Below, one piece after another: positions 29,650-38,013 of a DNA stretch of 64,000 nt; the first letter of the stretch is position 1, and each line of letters begins with the position of its first letter. The position numbers were made by a program, and so were the translations under genes. A model generated the notes under the pieces. It was not told the origin of the DNA, searched no databases, and worked only from the letters and a program-made list of their open reading frames with translations. Source of the DNA: Parcubacteria group bacterium Gr01-1014_20 (GTDB taxonomy: Bacteria; Patescibacteriota; Minisyncoccia; UBA6257; 2-01-FULL-56-20). The stretch spans positions 2,455-66,454 of the forward strand of contig VMFW01000001.1 in NCBI GenBank assembly GCA_007376265.1. Direction: 5' to 3'.

Positions 29650-30174
29650 ATGGATCAAGAAATTTCAGCGGGAATAGTGGTTTACCGAAGGACTCAAGAA
29701 GGACCCAAGTTTTTGGTGCTTTACCACGGCCATAATTACTGGAACTTTGCTAAGGGTAAAATTGAGAGTGAGGAGAAAAGTTTTGCCGCCGCTCTCCGCG
29801 AAACGAGAGAGGAGACGGGGCTTGGGGAGAAAGACCTAAGGATCACGCGAAACTTTAAGGCTTACGAGCGATTTCACTTTAGGCGTTCTGGCAAGCAGGT
29901 TTTCAAGATCGTTATTTTTTATATGGCGGAGACCACGAAGCACGAGATAAAGATCTCTCACGAGCATCAAGGCTACGCCTGGTTTTTGTATAATGAAGCT
30001 AAGGGTATTTTAGGGAAGTATAAAGACAGCCAAAAAGTTTTAAGAAAAGCTTATGAACACCTTCGTCCAAAAAGTGATCGCAGTCGTCCGGCGAATCCCC
30101 AAAGGCCAAACCCGAACCTACCAGGAGGTGGCGCGCCGCGCCGGATCCCCCCGAGCGTACCGGGCAGTCGGTAA
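29650..30174 (+). CDS. NUDIX hydrolase (Ap4A hydrolase-like)
   Basis: Nudix box KGKIESEEKSFAAALRETREETGL; SHEHQGYAW. Confidence 0.9.
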   Translation: MDQEISAGIVVYRRTQEGPKFLVLYHGHNYWNFAKGKIESEEKSFAAALRETREETGLGEKDLRITRNFKAYERFHFRRSGKQVFKIVIFYMAETTKHEIKISHEHQGYAWFLYNEAKGILGKYKDSQKVLRKAYEHLRPKSDRSRPANPQRPNPNLPGGGAPRRIPPSVPGSR

Positions 30175-30313
30175 TATTTTGAATCGCCACGGGGGGATGG
30201 AAAAAGGCATTCCGTGTCATCGAGTCATTAAGTCTGACGGGAGTGTGGGGGGTTATGCTTGGGGGTCAAAGAAGAAAGAAAAATTATTAAGGAAAGAAGG
30301 AGCCATTTTCTGA
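30053..30313 (+). CDS. ogt: O6-methylguanine-DNA methyltransferase (single domain)
   Basis: IPKGQTRTY, RAVG, PCHRV, LLRKEG. Confidence 0.9.
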   Translation: MNTFVQKVIAVVRRIPKGQTRTYQEVARRAGSPRAYRAVGNILNRHGGMEKGIPCHRVIKSDGSVGGYAWGSKKKEKLLRKEGAIF

Positions 30314-30402
30314 GGTGGCGGCTTTTCGGTGTTGACTTGTGTTGAGATGTTTTTTATCCTGAACCAAGCCAAAATAAGGAGGGTGACGATGAGGAGGAAG
30401 AC

Positions 30403-30633
30403 ATGAAAAGATGCGGGGGAATGGTTGAACTTTCTAGCTTTCGGGAGCTGCTAGCGAGTTTGATTGACGCCAAGTTTAGCTCTCGAAACGCGTTTTGTGA
30501 TGTGATGAGGCTAGATCGAGGGCAGTTAAGCCGTGTTTTGGCTGGAACAAGCAGCTTTTCGGTCGAGGCCTTAGAGAGAGTTTTCAGCTCTTTGGGTTAC
30601 TCTGTGGTTTTGGTGCCGAAAAAGGAACCTTAG
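30403..30633 (+). CDS. Small XRE/Cro-like HTH protein
   Basis: RGQLSRVLAG...SVEALERV..LGY; SD AGGAGG and TTGACT-17-TATCCT upstream. Confidence 0.6.
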   Translation: MKRCGGMVELSSFRELLASLIDAKFSSRNAFCDVMRLDRGQLSRVLAGTSSFSVEALERVFSSLGYSVVLVPKKEP

Positions 30634-30666
30634 GGTCGACTCAGCCACAAACAAAAAAGCCATCGT

Positions 30667-31014
30667 TTAAGAGATGGCTTTTTCTATGACTTTTTTGAAG
30701 ACGGCGGGTTCATGTTCGGCAAGGTCGGCCAGGATCTTTCGGTCGAGTTTGATGTTTTTCTTTTTTAACGCCGCGATTAGTTTACTATAGCTAAGATTTT
30801 CAGCTCTAGCGGCGGCGTTGATTTTCACGTTCCAGAGGGCGCGAGCGGTTCGCTTTTTTTCTTTGCGGCCGCGGAATTTTCTCGAGAGGGCGTGGAGCAG
30901 GGCTTCCTTAGCGGCGCGTTCTTTAGATTTGCGGCCCCAGCGAAAACCCTTGGTTTGCTTTAGGACTTTGGATCTCTTTCTCTTGGCGGTTGTGCCTCTT
31001 TTAACTCTGGGCAT
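30667..31014 (-). CDS. rplT: 50S ribosomal protein L20
   Basis: MPRVKRG, KGFRWGR, LW..KINAAAR, LDRKILADLA. Confidence 0.98.
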   Translation of the reverse strand: MPRVKRGTTAKRKRSKVLKQTKGFRWGRKSKERAAKEALLHALSRKFRGRKEKKRTARALWNVKINAAARAENLSYSKLIAALKKKNIKLDRKILADLAEHEPAVFKKVIEKAIS

Positions 31015-31015
31015 T

Positions 31016-31195
31016 TTAGTAGTTTAGAATTTTTCTAGCGGGATAATTTAAGGAAGCCGGTCTCCTTTTTTGGCGTCGATTTTTTTTGGTCTTGGTGGTC
31101 TTAAAGTGGTCGATACCCATCGGTCGACGAATAAGTTTCCCTTGCCGAGTAATCCTTATTCTCTTGGTGACGCTTTTATTTGTTTTGTTAGCCAT
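31016..31195 (-). CDS. rpmI: 50S ribosomal protein L35 (not in ORF track)
   Basis: Hand translation MANKTNKSVTKRIRITRQGKLIRRPMGIDHF...; lies between infC and rplT. Confidence 0.9.
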   Translation of the reverse strand: MANKTNKSVTKRIRITRQGKLIRRPMGIDHFKTTKTKKNRRQKRRPASLNYPARKILNY

Positions 31196-31268
31196 GGCTT
31201 AAATCGTACAACGTTAACACGTAGCGGATATGTTACTCTCTTTGACCTAGTTGGTCAAATCCAAAGAG

Positions 31269-31790
31269 TTATTTTTTGGCAATCTGGAGATTTAGTCCGT
31301 AACCGCCGAATTTGGGGGCGCCCAGAACTTTGTGTTCAATAGTGATCATCTTCAGGAATTCGGCGAGTTTTTGATTGGCCCACTCTCGGTTGTATTTTTC
31401 ACGACCCCGAAGGCGCAGGGCAATCTCGATGGGGTGGCCCTCGTTCATAAACTTTTCGAGCTGGTGGACTTTGATCAAGAGGTCGTTTTTTTGAGCTCGC
31501 GCGCTGATTTGAATTTGTTTTATTTCGGCCGTTTTTTGGGCAATGCGCTCTTTCTTCTCGGTTTTTTCCTTTTGATAGCGGTATTTGTCGTAACTCATCA
31601 CTTTTACGACCGGCGGAGTAGCAGTCGCAACCACCTCGATCAGGTCTAGGCCTTTTTGGTCGGCGATTTTTAGGGCACTCCCTAGCTTCATGACGCCTAG
31701 GGCCTCACCTTTTTCGTCTATAAGCCTTACCTCGGAGGCGGTAATTTCGTGGTTAAGGCGGGGTTTTTGAATTCTTGGGTTGATTCTCAC
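31269..31790 (-). CDS. infC: Translation initiation factor IF-3
   Basis: EVRLID, GLDLIEV, PPVVKVMSYDKYRY, LRGRE. Confidence 0.97.
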   Translation of the reverse strand: MRINPRIQKPRLNHEITASEVRLIDEKGEALGVMKLGSALKIADQKGLDLIEVVATATPPVVKVMSYDKYRYQKEKTEKKERIAQKTAEIKQIQISARAQKNDLLIKVHQLEKFMNEGHPIEIALRLRGREKYNREWANQKLAEFLKMITIEHKVLGAPKFGGYGLNLQIAKK

Positions 31791-31848
31791 TATATGGGTC
31801 TTTGGGGGTATTTTAAAGTATTAATGGCGACTAGTAAATATTGAAGGC

Positions 31849-31890
31849 AAAAAAATAATACCCCAGCCCTTATTGAAGAGCCGGGGTATT
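31849..31890 (-). terminator. Intrinsic terminator
   Basis: AATACCCC...GGGGTATT stem followed by a T-tract on the minus strand. Confidence 0.7.
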
Positions 31891-31895
31891 TTAAG

Positions 31896-32045
31896 CTACT
31901 CGCCATAAAACGGCTTGATTCCATGCCGGTTTTGGCGGCGAACAGGGAAACGACGGCCCCGGTGCTTGCCTTCCCGCCTGACCCTTTTTGGATTGGGGGT
32001 TAGAGGGTTGCGGAACAGATCTCGGGCTTCGGCAAAGCTCTTCAC
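31896..32045 (-). CDS. Small basic protein, 49 aa
   Basis: AGGAGGT SD 5 nt before GTG; MKSFAEARDLFRNPLTPNPKRVRREGKHRGRRFPVRRQNRHGIKPFYGE*; terminator immediately after. Confidence 0.55.
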   Translation of the reverse strand: MKSFAEARDLFRNPLTPNPKRVRREGKHRGRRFPVRRQNRHGIKPFYGE

Positions 32046-32421
32046 GAGCCACCTCCTACTGGTGAGGGTTTGGGGCCTTAAAACTTGGTGAGTACTAAAG
32101 ATTATTTTATTAGAAAGAATTTGTTTTGGCAACAGGAGCCAAGAGCGTAAAAGAAAAGGACCTCTAGGGGAGGTCCTTAATACTTATATAGTTCAGGATG
32201 ACATGTCATCCCAATGAGCGTGGTCTGGAGTAATTTTTTAAGGATCTGATTTAATCTTAGAGGAATGCGGCAAGTCGTCAAATGCCGGATTGGGGACAAC
32301 TTTTCGCTCACTTGGGCTAAAGGTTGCCTGCCTGCGAGAGCTTCCCGGAAAACAAATGCTCGCTTTGAGATAAAAAAATGAGCCGGGTCAACGTGAAGTT
32401 GTTCCGGCCCATAGGTTTTTT

Positions 32422-33078
32422 CTATCCTTCCTTATTGAGGAATGCTTGGACGACCTCAGCTGGGGTTCGCTTATCGGTTCCGGCGATCTTGGCGATGGTG
32501 GTCAAGGCGCTTAAGTAGCGACCTGCCAGCTTATTCTGTGCCGGAGTTGCCTGACCAGTAGACTCATCCCTGCAAAAGTCGTAGTGTTTCTTCGCCCACG
32601 CATTGTAGTAGGCGACTGACTGAATGTCGTCCAGGATGTCCCACCAGTCCCAGTCCGATGGGTAGAGTTCGCGGAGGCCAAGTTCCTCAACCCATTTCTC
32701 TACTATTGGTTGATCTGCCTCCGGATAGGTGTACTGGTGTGGAGCAACCGTTGCTTTGAGAAAAAGCGAAAAGTCGTAAAGCTGGCATGCCTCCCCATCT
32801 GTCAGCGACGCACCCGTCTTCAATTTGGCTAAGAGAACCACGCAATCATGAATGGTCATCTTCCGGAGGTCGTAGACATATTCCGCTTGAGCTCCTTCTT
32901 TAGCCCAGAGATCCACCTCTTCCGGATCCCCTCCAAAGTCAGCGATGTTCCTTTTTATATGCTCTACGAACAAAGCGACTGAATCGAAGGCAGGGGTTAC
33001 GAATTGATCCACTGTGCTGTTAAAGGCGACATATAGTGTGCCTTTGTCCGTCAACAACCTTCTAACGCTTGTGCCCAA
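32422..33078 (-). CDS. Hypothetical protein (acidic, 218 aa)
   Basis: Long ORF with GAAAGGA SD, TTGACA-17-GATACT promoter and downstream hairpin/T-tract. Confidence 0.7.
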   Translation of the reverse strand: MGTSVRRLLTDKGTLYVAFNSTVDQFVTPAFDSVALFVEHIKRNIADFGGDPEEVDLWAKEGAQAEYVYDLRKMTIHDCVVLLAKLKTGASLTDGEACQLYDFSLFLKATVAPHQYTYPEADQPIVEKWVEELGLRELYPSDWDWWDILDDIQSVAYYNAWAKKHYDFCRDESTGQATPAQNKLAGRYLSALTTIAKIAGTDKRTPAEVVQAFLNKEG

Positions 33079-33379
33079 TGTTATCGCCGTCCTTTCTTCG
33101 GAAAACGAAATTTTAAAGGCGTGAATTTACTGGGAGTGATAGTATCACCTTGCTCTACTGTTTGTCAATGGGGGGTTAGTTGTTGGAGGTTCAGATCGGA
33201 GCATAATAACCCAGAGCACAAGACCCCGCCCTTGGGTGGATTTTTGTTAGCGGTGTTTTGGTGGAGATAGGGGAATTTCACTGCCTACCTTGAAGGAAGC
33301 TCCGACGTGATAGTCGGAGCACTCGTTTTGCAAACAAAAAAATACCGTGATCAATCGGTATTTTTTGTGCAAAACTGAG

Positions 33380-33695
33380 TGGAGATGGGCGGAATTGAAC
33401 CGCCGTGTAAGGGTATTGCCGCTAAATCATCTACGAGTGTATTTCCGCCGAAGCGAAAAAGGTTTGATTCATTGTCTCGTTCCTAAACCAGAATCATCGT
33501 TTAGAAACCAGTCTTCGGTATAACACCGCGATTAGCCAGAGAAGACTACCCAGCTAGGCGATGCCGAGTTTAAGCGTAAGCTAGGCTCGGAGCTGCAACT
33601 TTGTTGTTGGCAGTTATAAATTTTTTTGTCGGATTAACGAGACGACGCTCGACTCGCAATTCAGAACTTTACCCCTATCGAAGCCATTCATCCCC
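33380..33695 (-). ncRNA. ssrA: tmRNA; predicted tag (A)ANNKVAAPSLAYA
   Basis: GGGGATG/CATCTCC acceptor stem with G3:U70, T-arm GGCGGTTCAATTCCGCC, resume context ATAACT GCC; smpB in the window. Confidence 0.95.
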
Positions 33696-33736
33696 GAGCT
33701 CGCAGTTTACCACTTAATTTTATAAAAGTCAAGATT

Positions 33737-33772
33737 AAAAAATCCCCAGAGCACGCGTTTGTGCTCTGGGGA
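33737..33772 (-). terminator. Intrinsic terminator
   Basis: TCCCCAGAGCAC/GTGCTCTGGGGA stem followed by T6. Confidence 0.8.
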
Positions 33773-33799
33773 ATGGTTTGACTAGTCGTCTGTGGCAGA

Positions 33800-34078
33800 C
33801 TAGTTGGGCATCGGACGGACCGAGACGCCGGAGTTGGAACACTCGAGACGAATCTTATCGTAGAGTGTCGCCGGGTCGGTGTTGACCAGGATCAGGTTCC
33901 TGGCGGTCGGAACATCGATGAGCGGGGAGTGGCCGACCTTCAGGCCCTCCGGGAAGACCCGATACGCCGTGCCGTTCGTCTGGTCGACCCAGACGCCGGG
34001 CTGGTTGATATCGGAGAACTTCGCGGCGGTGATGCTGAAGGCCTGCGCGTTGCCCGGGGGCGTGGTGGTCTCGTTCAT
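33800..34078 (-). CDS. Hypothetical protein (92 aa, GC-rich)
   Basis: AAGGAG SD, TTGACA-17-TACTAT promoter, terminator; GC-rich codon usage. Confidence 0.75.
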   Translation of the reverse strand: MNETTTPPGNAQAFSITAAKFSDINQPGVWVDQTNGTAYRVFPEGLKVGHSPLIDVPTARNLILVNTDPATLYDKIRLECSNSGVSVRPMPN

Positions 34079-34233
34079 TGTGACACTCTCCTTAAGTTAC
34101 GAACGCCTCCCTTGGGGAGGCTGTTTTTGCTACCCATCGGCACCTTACCAATGGCAAGCGGGGTTCATAGTAGCAAGCCCGTTTATTTTGTCAACTCGTG
34201 GGTAAGATAGGCGTAGAATTGTCGCTTTTTTGA

Positions 34234-35424
34234 TCAAATGTCCGAAACTCGTTCGCCGAAGCGGATTTTGTATTTTTTTGAAGTGTAAATTTTGGTGATG
34301 AGGTAGTTAACCAGCCAGGTGGCTGCAACGATGATTAGAAAATAAAAGGCGCCGAGGCTCGTGATTTTTGGGAGTTCATTTCTTGAGAGGTAGCCGATGA
34401 TGCCAGAGATAACCCCGAGGCTTGTGATGAGCTGCAAGGATTGGATGCCGCGAGCAGTACTTTGGTTTTTGATTTCCACGATGTTCTGGATAGCAGAGGC
34501 GAGATAGTCCCCCGTCATCTTCCAAAGTTCTTTAATATAGTCGAGGGTGTCGGAGAGAACTTCAAATTTGAATTGGAAGAGTTTGGTTAGGTGTTCTTCA
34601 ATTTCCATGCCTTTGGCGATCGAGGAGCGAGTGCGGACATAGGTTCCCATTTGGTTGATGCGATTGCCAATGAGACTGATGGTTTTTTGATAGCTGTCGA
34701 GCTTGCCTCTTAGAATTTCAACTTCGTCCCCTTTCACGCTTTTGCGTTCTTTGATGTTTGATATTTCTTCCCAAAGTGTGCGGTGGATGTTTAAGTACTT
34801 TTCGAGCTGGTCTTTGAACTCTCTGAAAAAAACCTGCATCTCTACGATGTCGGCCACTTTGGTTTCCAAACCGGGTTTCGAGACCACGAAGATGTACGAG
34901 GGGGTTTTGTAGACGACAATGTTTTCGGACGAAATTTTTTGATAGACGGCGCCAAAGGTTTTTGAGTCGATGGAGTATTGGTCTGGGTTTTTGCTGGTTG
35001 AATTGATGACGGTTGGGTGAACGGTCTTGATGTTGGCCAGAATCTTGGGAGTGGGGGCGCCGAGCGAAAAGATGTAAGAGACGGCTGGGCTAAAGTGGTT
35101 TTCGAAGTAATCTTTAAGAAATTCCTGGCCCTGCTTAAGGTTCTTAGAGCTGGTTTCAAGGACGTAGAGGCCGTCTTCGTAGTAGCGGATTTCGATGCCA
35201 TCTTTGGTCAAGGCTTTCAAGAATTCGAGGTAACCGGCTTCTCTTGTCACCGAGGTTAGATTTAGGCCCTGCCGATACTTCTCAAGTGTTTCTTTGGAAA
35301 GATCGAGGTGAGATTTGCCGCTTTCGAAAAGGTTGTAGATTTCACTTAGATGGAGGGTGGTTCGTTGATACCAGCCCCCTAGGGTAATTTTAAAATTTTG
35401 ATTGCTGGCTTCATTTTTGCGCAT
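34234..35424 (-). CDS. Hypothetical membrane protein with coiled coil and two C-terminal TM helices (CorA-like topology)
   Basis: 396-aa ORF; long helices then two hydrophobic segments; no GMN motif. Confidence 0.6.
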   Translation of the reverse strand: MRKNEASNQNFKITLGGWYQRTTLHLSEIYNLFESGKSHLDLSKETLEKYRQGLNLTSVTREAGYLEFLKALTKDGIEIRYYEDGLYVLETSSKNLKQGQEFLKDYFENHFSPAVSYIFSLGAPTPKILANIKTVHPTVINSTSKNPDQYSIDSKTFGAVYQKISSENIVVYKTPSYIFVVSKPGLETKVADIVEMQVFFREFKDQLEKYLNIHRTLWEEISNIKERKSVKGDEVEILRGKLDSYQKTISLIGNRINQMGTYVRTRSSIAKGMEIEEHLTKLFQFKFEVLSDTLDYIKELWKMTGDYLASAIQNIVEIKNQSTARGIQSLQLITSLGVISGIIGYLSRNELPKITSLGAFYFLIIVAATWLVNYLITKIYTSKKYKIRFGERVSDI

Positions 35425-35501
35425 TCACTAATTATAGCAGGTAGCGATTGGGAACTGACGGATTATGCGCAGCGGGCGACTGTGTTAAAATTTCAAGGCG
35501 A

Positions 35502-36242
35502 ATGAAACCCAAAATTATCGCTCACCGAGGAGATTCGGAAAAATGTCCGGAGAACACGCTCTTGGCCTTCAAGAAGGCGATTGAGGTTGGGGCGGATAAA
35601 ATTGAGCTTGATGTTCATTTGTCGGCTGACAAAAAGCTCGTGGTGCACCATGACGCCTATCTTGGGCGGACGGACGACGGAGAGGGGTTACTTTTGAAAA
35701 AGGATTCGGTTTATTTAAAATCTCTAGACGCTGGCAAATGGAAGGGGGAGGGATTTAAGGGCTTACGAATGCCCTTTCTTCACGAGGTGTTTCAAGAGTT
35801 TGGGCGAGAGATTGAGTACGAGGTGGAGATGAAGGGGTTCGGGGAGGAGTTTTTGGACTTGCTTTTAGCGGAGGTGGACCGTTTTAATTTGATCGACAAA
35901 ATCGAGTTTACTTCTTTTCATCAATATCTGATTCGTGAGCTCAAGGTTAAGCGACCGGAGGTAATGACGGGGATGTTTGTTTTGGACTATCCAGGGTGGA
36001 TGGGGGCGGACTTAGGGAATATGATAACGGAGTCGGAGCTTGTTTTAGGGAAGATTGATGTGGCTCACTCTTCCCTCGGGATTTTGACTGAAGAGTTTAT
36101 GGAGAGGCTGAGGGCGAGAGGGATTTTAATTCATCCGAGGAACTGCAATTCAGAGATGGACATAAAGAGGGCGATTAATTTGAGGGTAGACCAGTTTTCG
36201 ACTAATGACCCAGAACTTGCTATAAAGATAAGAGGGAGATGA
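35502..36242 (+). CDS. Glycerophosphodiester phosphodiesterase
   Basis: IIAHRG, PENTLLAF, IELDVH, VHHD, EVEMK, STNDP. Confidence 0.92.
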   Translation: MKPKIIAHRGDSEKCPENTLLAFKKAIEVGADKIELDVHLSADKKLVVHHDAYLGRTDDGEGLLLKKDSVYLKSLDAGKWKGEGFKGLRMPFLHEVFQEFGREIEYEVEMKGFGEEFLDLLLAEVDRFNLIDKIEFTSFHQYLIRELKVKRPEVMTGMFVLDYPGWMGADLGNMITESELVLGKIDVAHSSLGILTEEFMERLRARGILIHPRNCNSEMDIKRAINLRVDQFSTNDPELAIKIRGR

Positions 36243-36652
36243 AAGATTTTTCTAAGTATATTATCAAAAGTTATAAATACTGGGAGGTGACGATTCACGA
36301 AAACCAAGGCTACTTGGGCAGGTGTGTGATTTGGTGCAAACGGCCCGAGGCGGATGATTTGTCGGAGATAAGAAAGGGAGAGTATGACGAACTGCTTTTA
36401 ATCATTAACGAGTTAAAAGACGCAATTCATAAAGTTTTTAAGCCAGACTGGTTTAACTACGCTTTTTTGGGGAACGAGGTGAGACATTTGCATGCCCACG
36501 TGGTGCCGAGGTACGCCTCGGACCGATCTTACGAAGGCGGGATTTTCGCAGACAAACTTTACGGGCATAATTTTCAGACCGATCCAGGATTTAAGCTGGA
36601 CGAAGAGATGGTTTTGAAGATAAAAGAGGTGATTGCAAAAGAGCTCAATTGA
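36239..36652 (+). CDS. HIT family protein
   Basis: NYAFLGNEVRHLHAHVVPRY. Confidence 0.9.
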   Translation: MKDFSKYIIKSYKYWEVTIHENQGYLGRCVIWCKRPEADDLSEIRKGEYDELLLIINELKDAIHKVFKPDWFNYAFLGNEVRHLHAHVVPRYASDRSYEGGIFADKLYGHNFQTDPGFKLDEEMVLKIKEVIAKELN

Positions 36653-36666
36653 TTTAAAATTGAATC

Positions 36667-36984
36667 ATGACAAAACATAAAAACTCGACGCTGGCCGGCT
36701 TTACTTATTTGGTTTTCTTTTTGCCAATGATAACTGGTGAGAAGAACGATCCGTTTGTGAGGTACCATATGAAGCAGGCGATCGGGCTTTTGATTACCGT
36801 CCTAGCGGTTCAAGGAGCGATTAGGATTTTGGCGGCCTGGGGTTTGGGCTACGGAGGGTTGAACGCTTTGGCTTGGGGACTTAGGATCTACGCGCTCGTT
36901 TCGGTGGTCTTAGGTTTTTCAAGCGCGCAGAGAGGAGAGATGAAGCCGCTTTTTTGGATTGGGAATCACGCGGCGAAGATATAG
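36667..36984 (+). CDS. DUF4870-like small membrane protein
   Basis: DPFVRYHMKQAIGL...GEMKPL. Confidence 0.75.
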   Translation: MTKHKNSTLAGFTYLVFFLPMITGEKNDPFVRYHMKQAIGLLITVLAVQGAIRILAAWGLGYGGLNALAWGLRIYALVSVVLGFSSAQRGEMKPLFWIGNHAAKI

Positions 36985-37032
36985 GTTGGTATCGCAGGTT
37001 GGTAAAAGAAAAAACCCCGGATGATCGAGGTT

Positions 37033-37875
37033 TTAGTTTTGTTTTTTTTGGCCTCTTTTGTAGAGGCTAGCCATTTCACCTTTTTCGTAACAGGTTTTTA
37101 TGACGTTGCCCTTGAGGACAAAGACCCAGCCGTGGATCCAGAGATATTCGGCTTCTTCAAATCCATGGCGAATAATTTGTGTAACGTTGTTTTCGCGTTT
37201 CACCAGAGTGGCTCTCTTGAACATGTCGTGAAAAGCTAGGAGGTAGGAGCTTTGGCTGCCTGGGTTTTTGTACCTGTTTTTGATCGTTCTAGATCTTCTT
37301 GCGTCTTTGATGAACTCTTCGAGTGCGTGGGGGCTTACCAGGTAAACGGTTCCCCTCACAGTAATTTCGGCAACGTGGGTAGCTTCTGGGTTTTTGGTTT
37401 TGTCGACAACTTTGATTGATGAGTTTCCCCGAAGTAGTGGATCTTGGGGGCTAATAGGGGTTAATAGCCTCACGTCGTAGATGAAGCCTTTAGCAACCTC
37501 GTACTTTTGGAGTAGAGGCTCGGCGTCTTTGTGCGTGAAAACATAACCGACAGTATTTATGCCCGATCCTTCGAAGCGCCAGATTTTTCTTCCGCAGAGA
37601 TCGAGGATGCCTTCTTTGGCAGTGGCGCGCTTATCGCTAGTTGCCCCAACTCCCAAAAGAAGAAGGCAGGCGTCGACAAGAAGATCGATGTGGCCATATT
37701 TGATAAAGAGGCCGCCCTTGATTCGGATTAGTCGCTGACTTCTTTGTTTGGCGCCCTTTCCCTTTCGAGATCGGAACTCCTCGATGGCCTTCACGAGTAA
37801 GTCTGGAGTTATGGTGACCTCGATTTCTTCTTGGTATAAGAGATTGAGACTTGAGGCCGATTTCCCTACGAGCAA
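37033..37875 (-). CDS. Hypothetical basic protein, possible C-terminal RelE/BECR-like domain
   Basis: AAAGGAGGT SD before TTG; VSPHALEEF...WVFVLKGNVIKTCY. Confidence 0.65.
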   Translation of the reverse strand: MLVGKSASSLNLLYQEEIEVTITPDLLVKAIEEFRSRKGKGAKQRSQRLIRIKGGLFIKYGHIDLLVDACLLLLGVGATSDKRATAKEGILDLCGRKIWRFEGSGINTVGYVFTHKDAEPLLQKYEVAKGFIYDVRLLTPISPQDPLLRGNSSIKVVDKTKNPEATHVAEITVRGTVYLVSPHALEEFIKDARRSRTIKNRYKNPGSQSSYLLAFHDMFKRATLVKRENNVTQIIRHGFEEAEYLWIHGWVFVLKGNVIKTCYEKGEMASLYKRGQKKQN

Positions 37876-38013
37876 CTGACACCTCCTTTTTAAAGGTTGC
37901 TGTCGGAATATTTAACATAGCCGCAATTTTTTGTCGAATAGCGACTTGCTTTGCTTTGGTTTTTCGTGATAAACAGACTCTAGGACATTATCAACAAGAA
38001 GGAGGGTTTCTAG

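Noticed and set aside
31070-31342. 90-aa plus-strand ORF
   Set aside because: It is antisense to rpmI and infC.
31960-31990. SRP RNA domain IV-like string (GGTCAGGCGGGAAGGCAAGCACC, minus strand)
   Set aside because: The stem around GGAA does not pair as in SRP RNA, and an SD-led ORF explains the region better.
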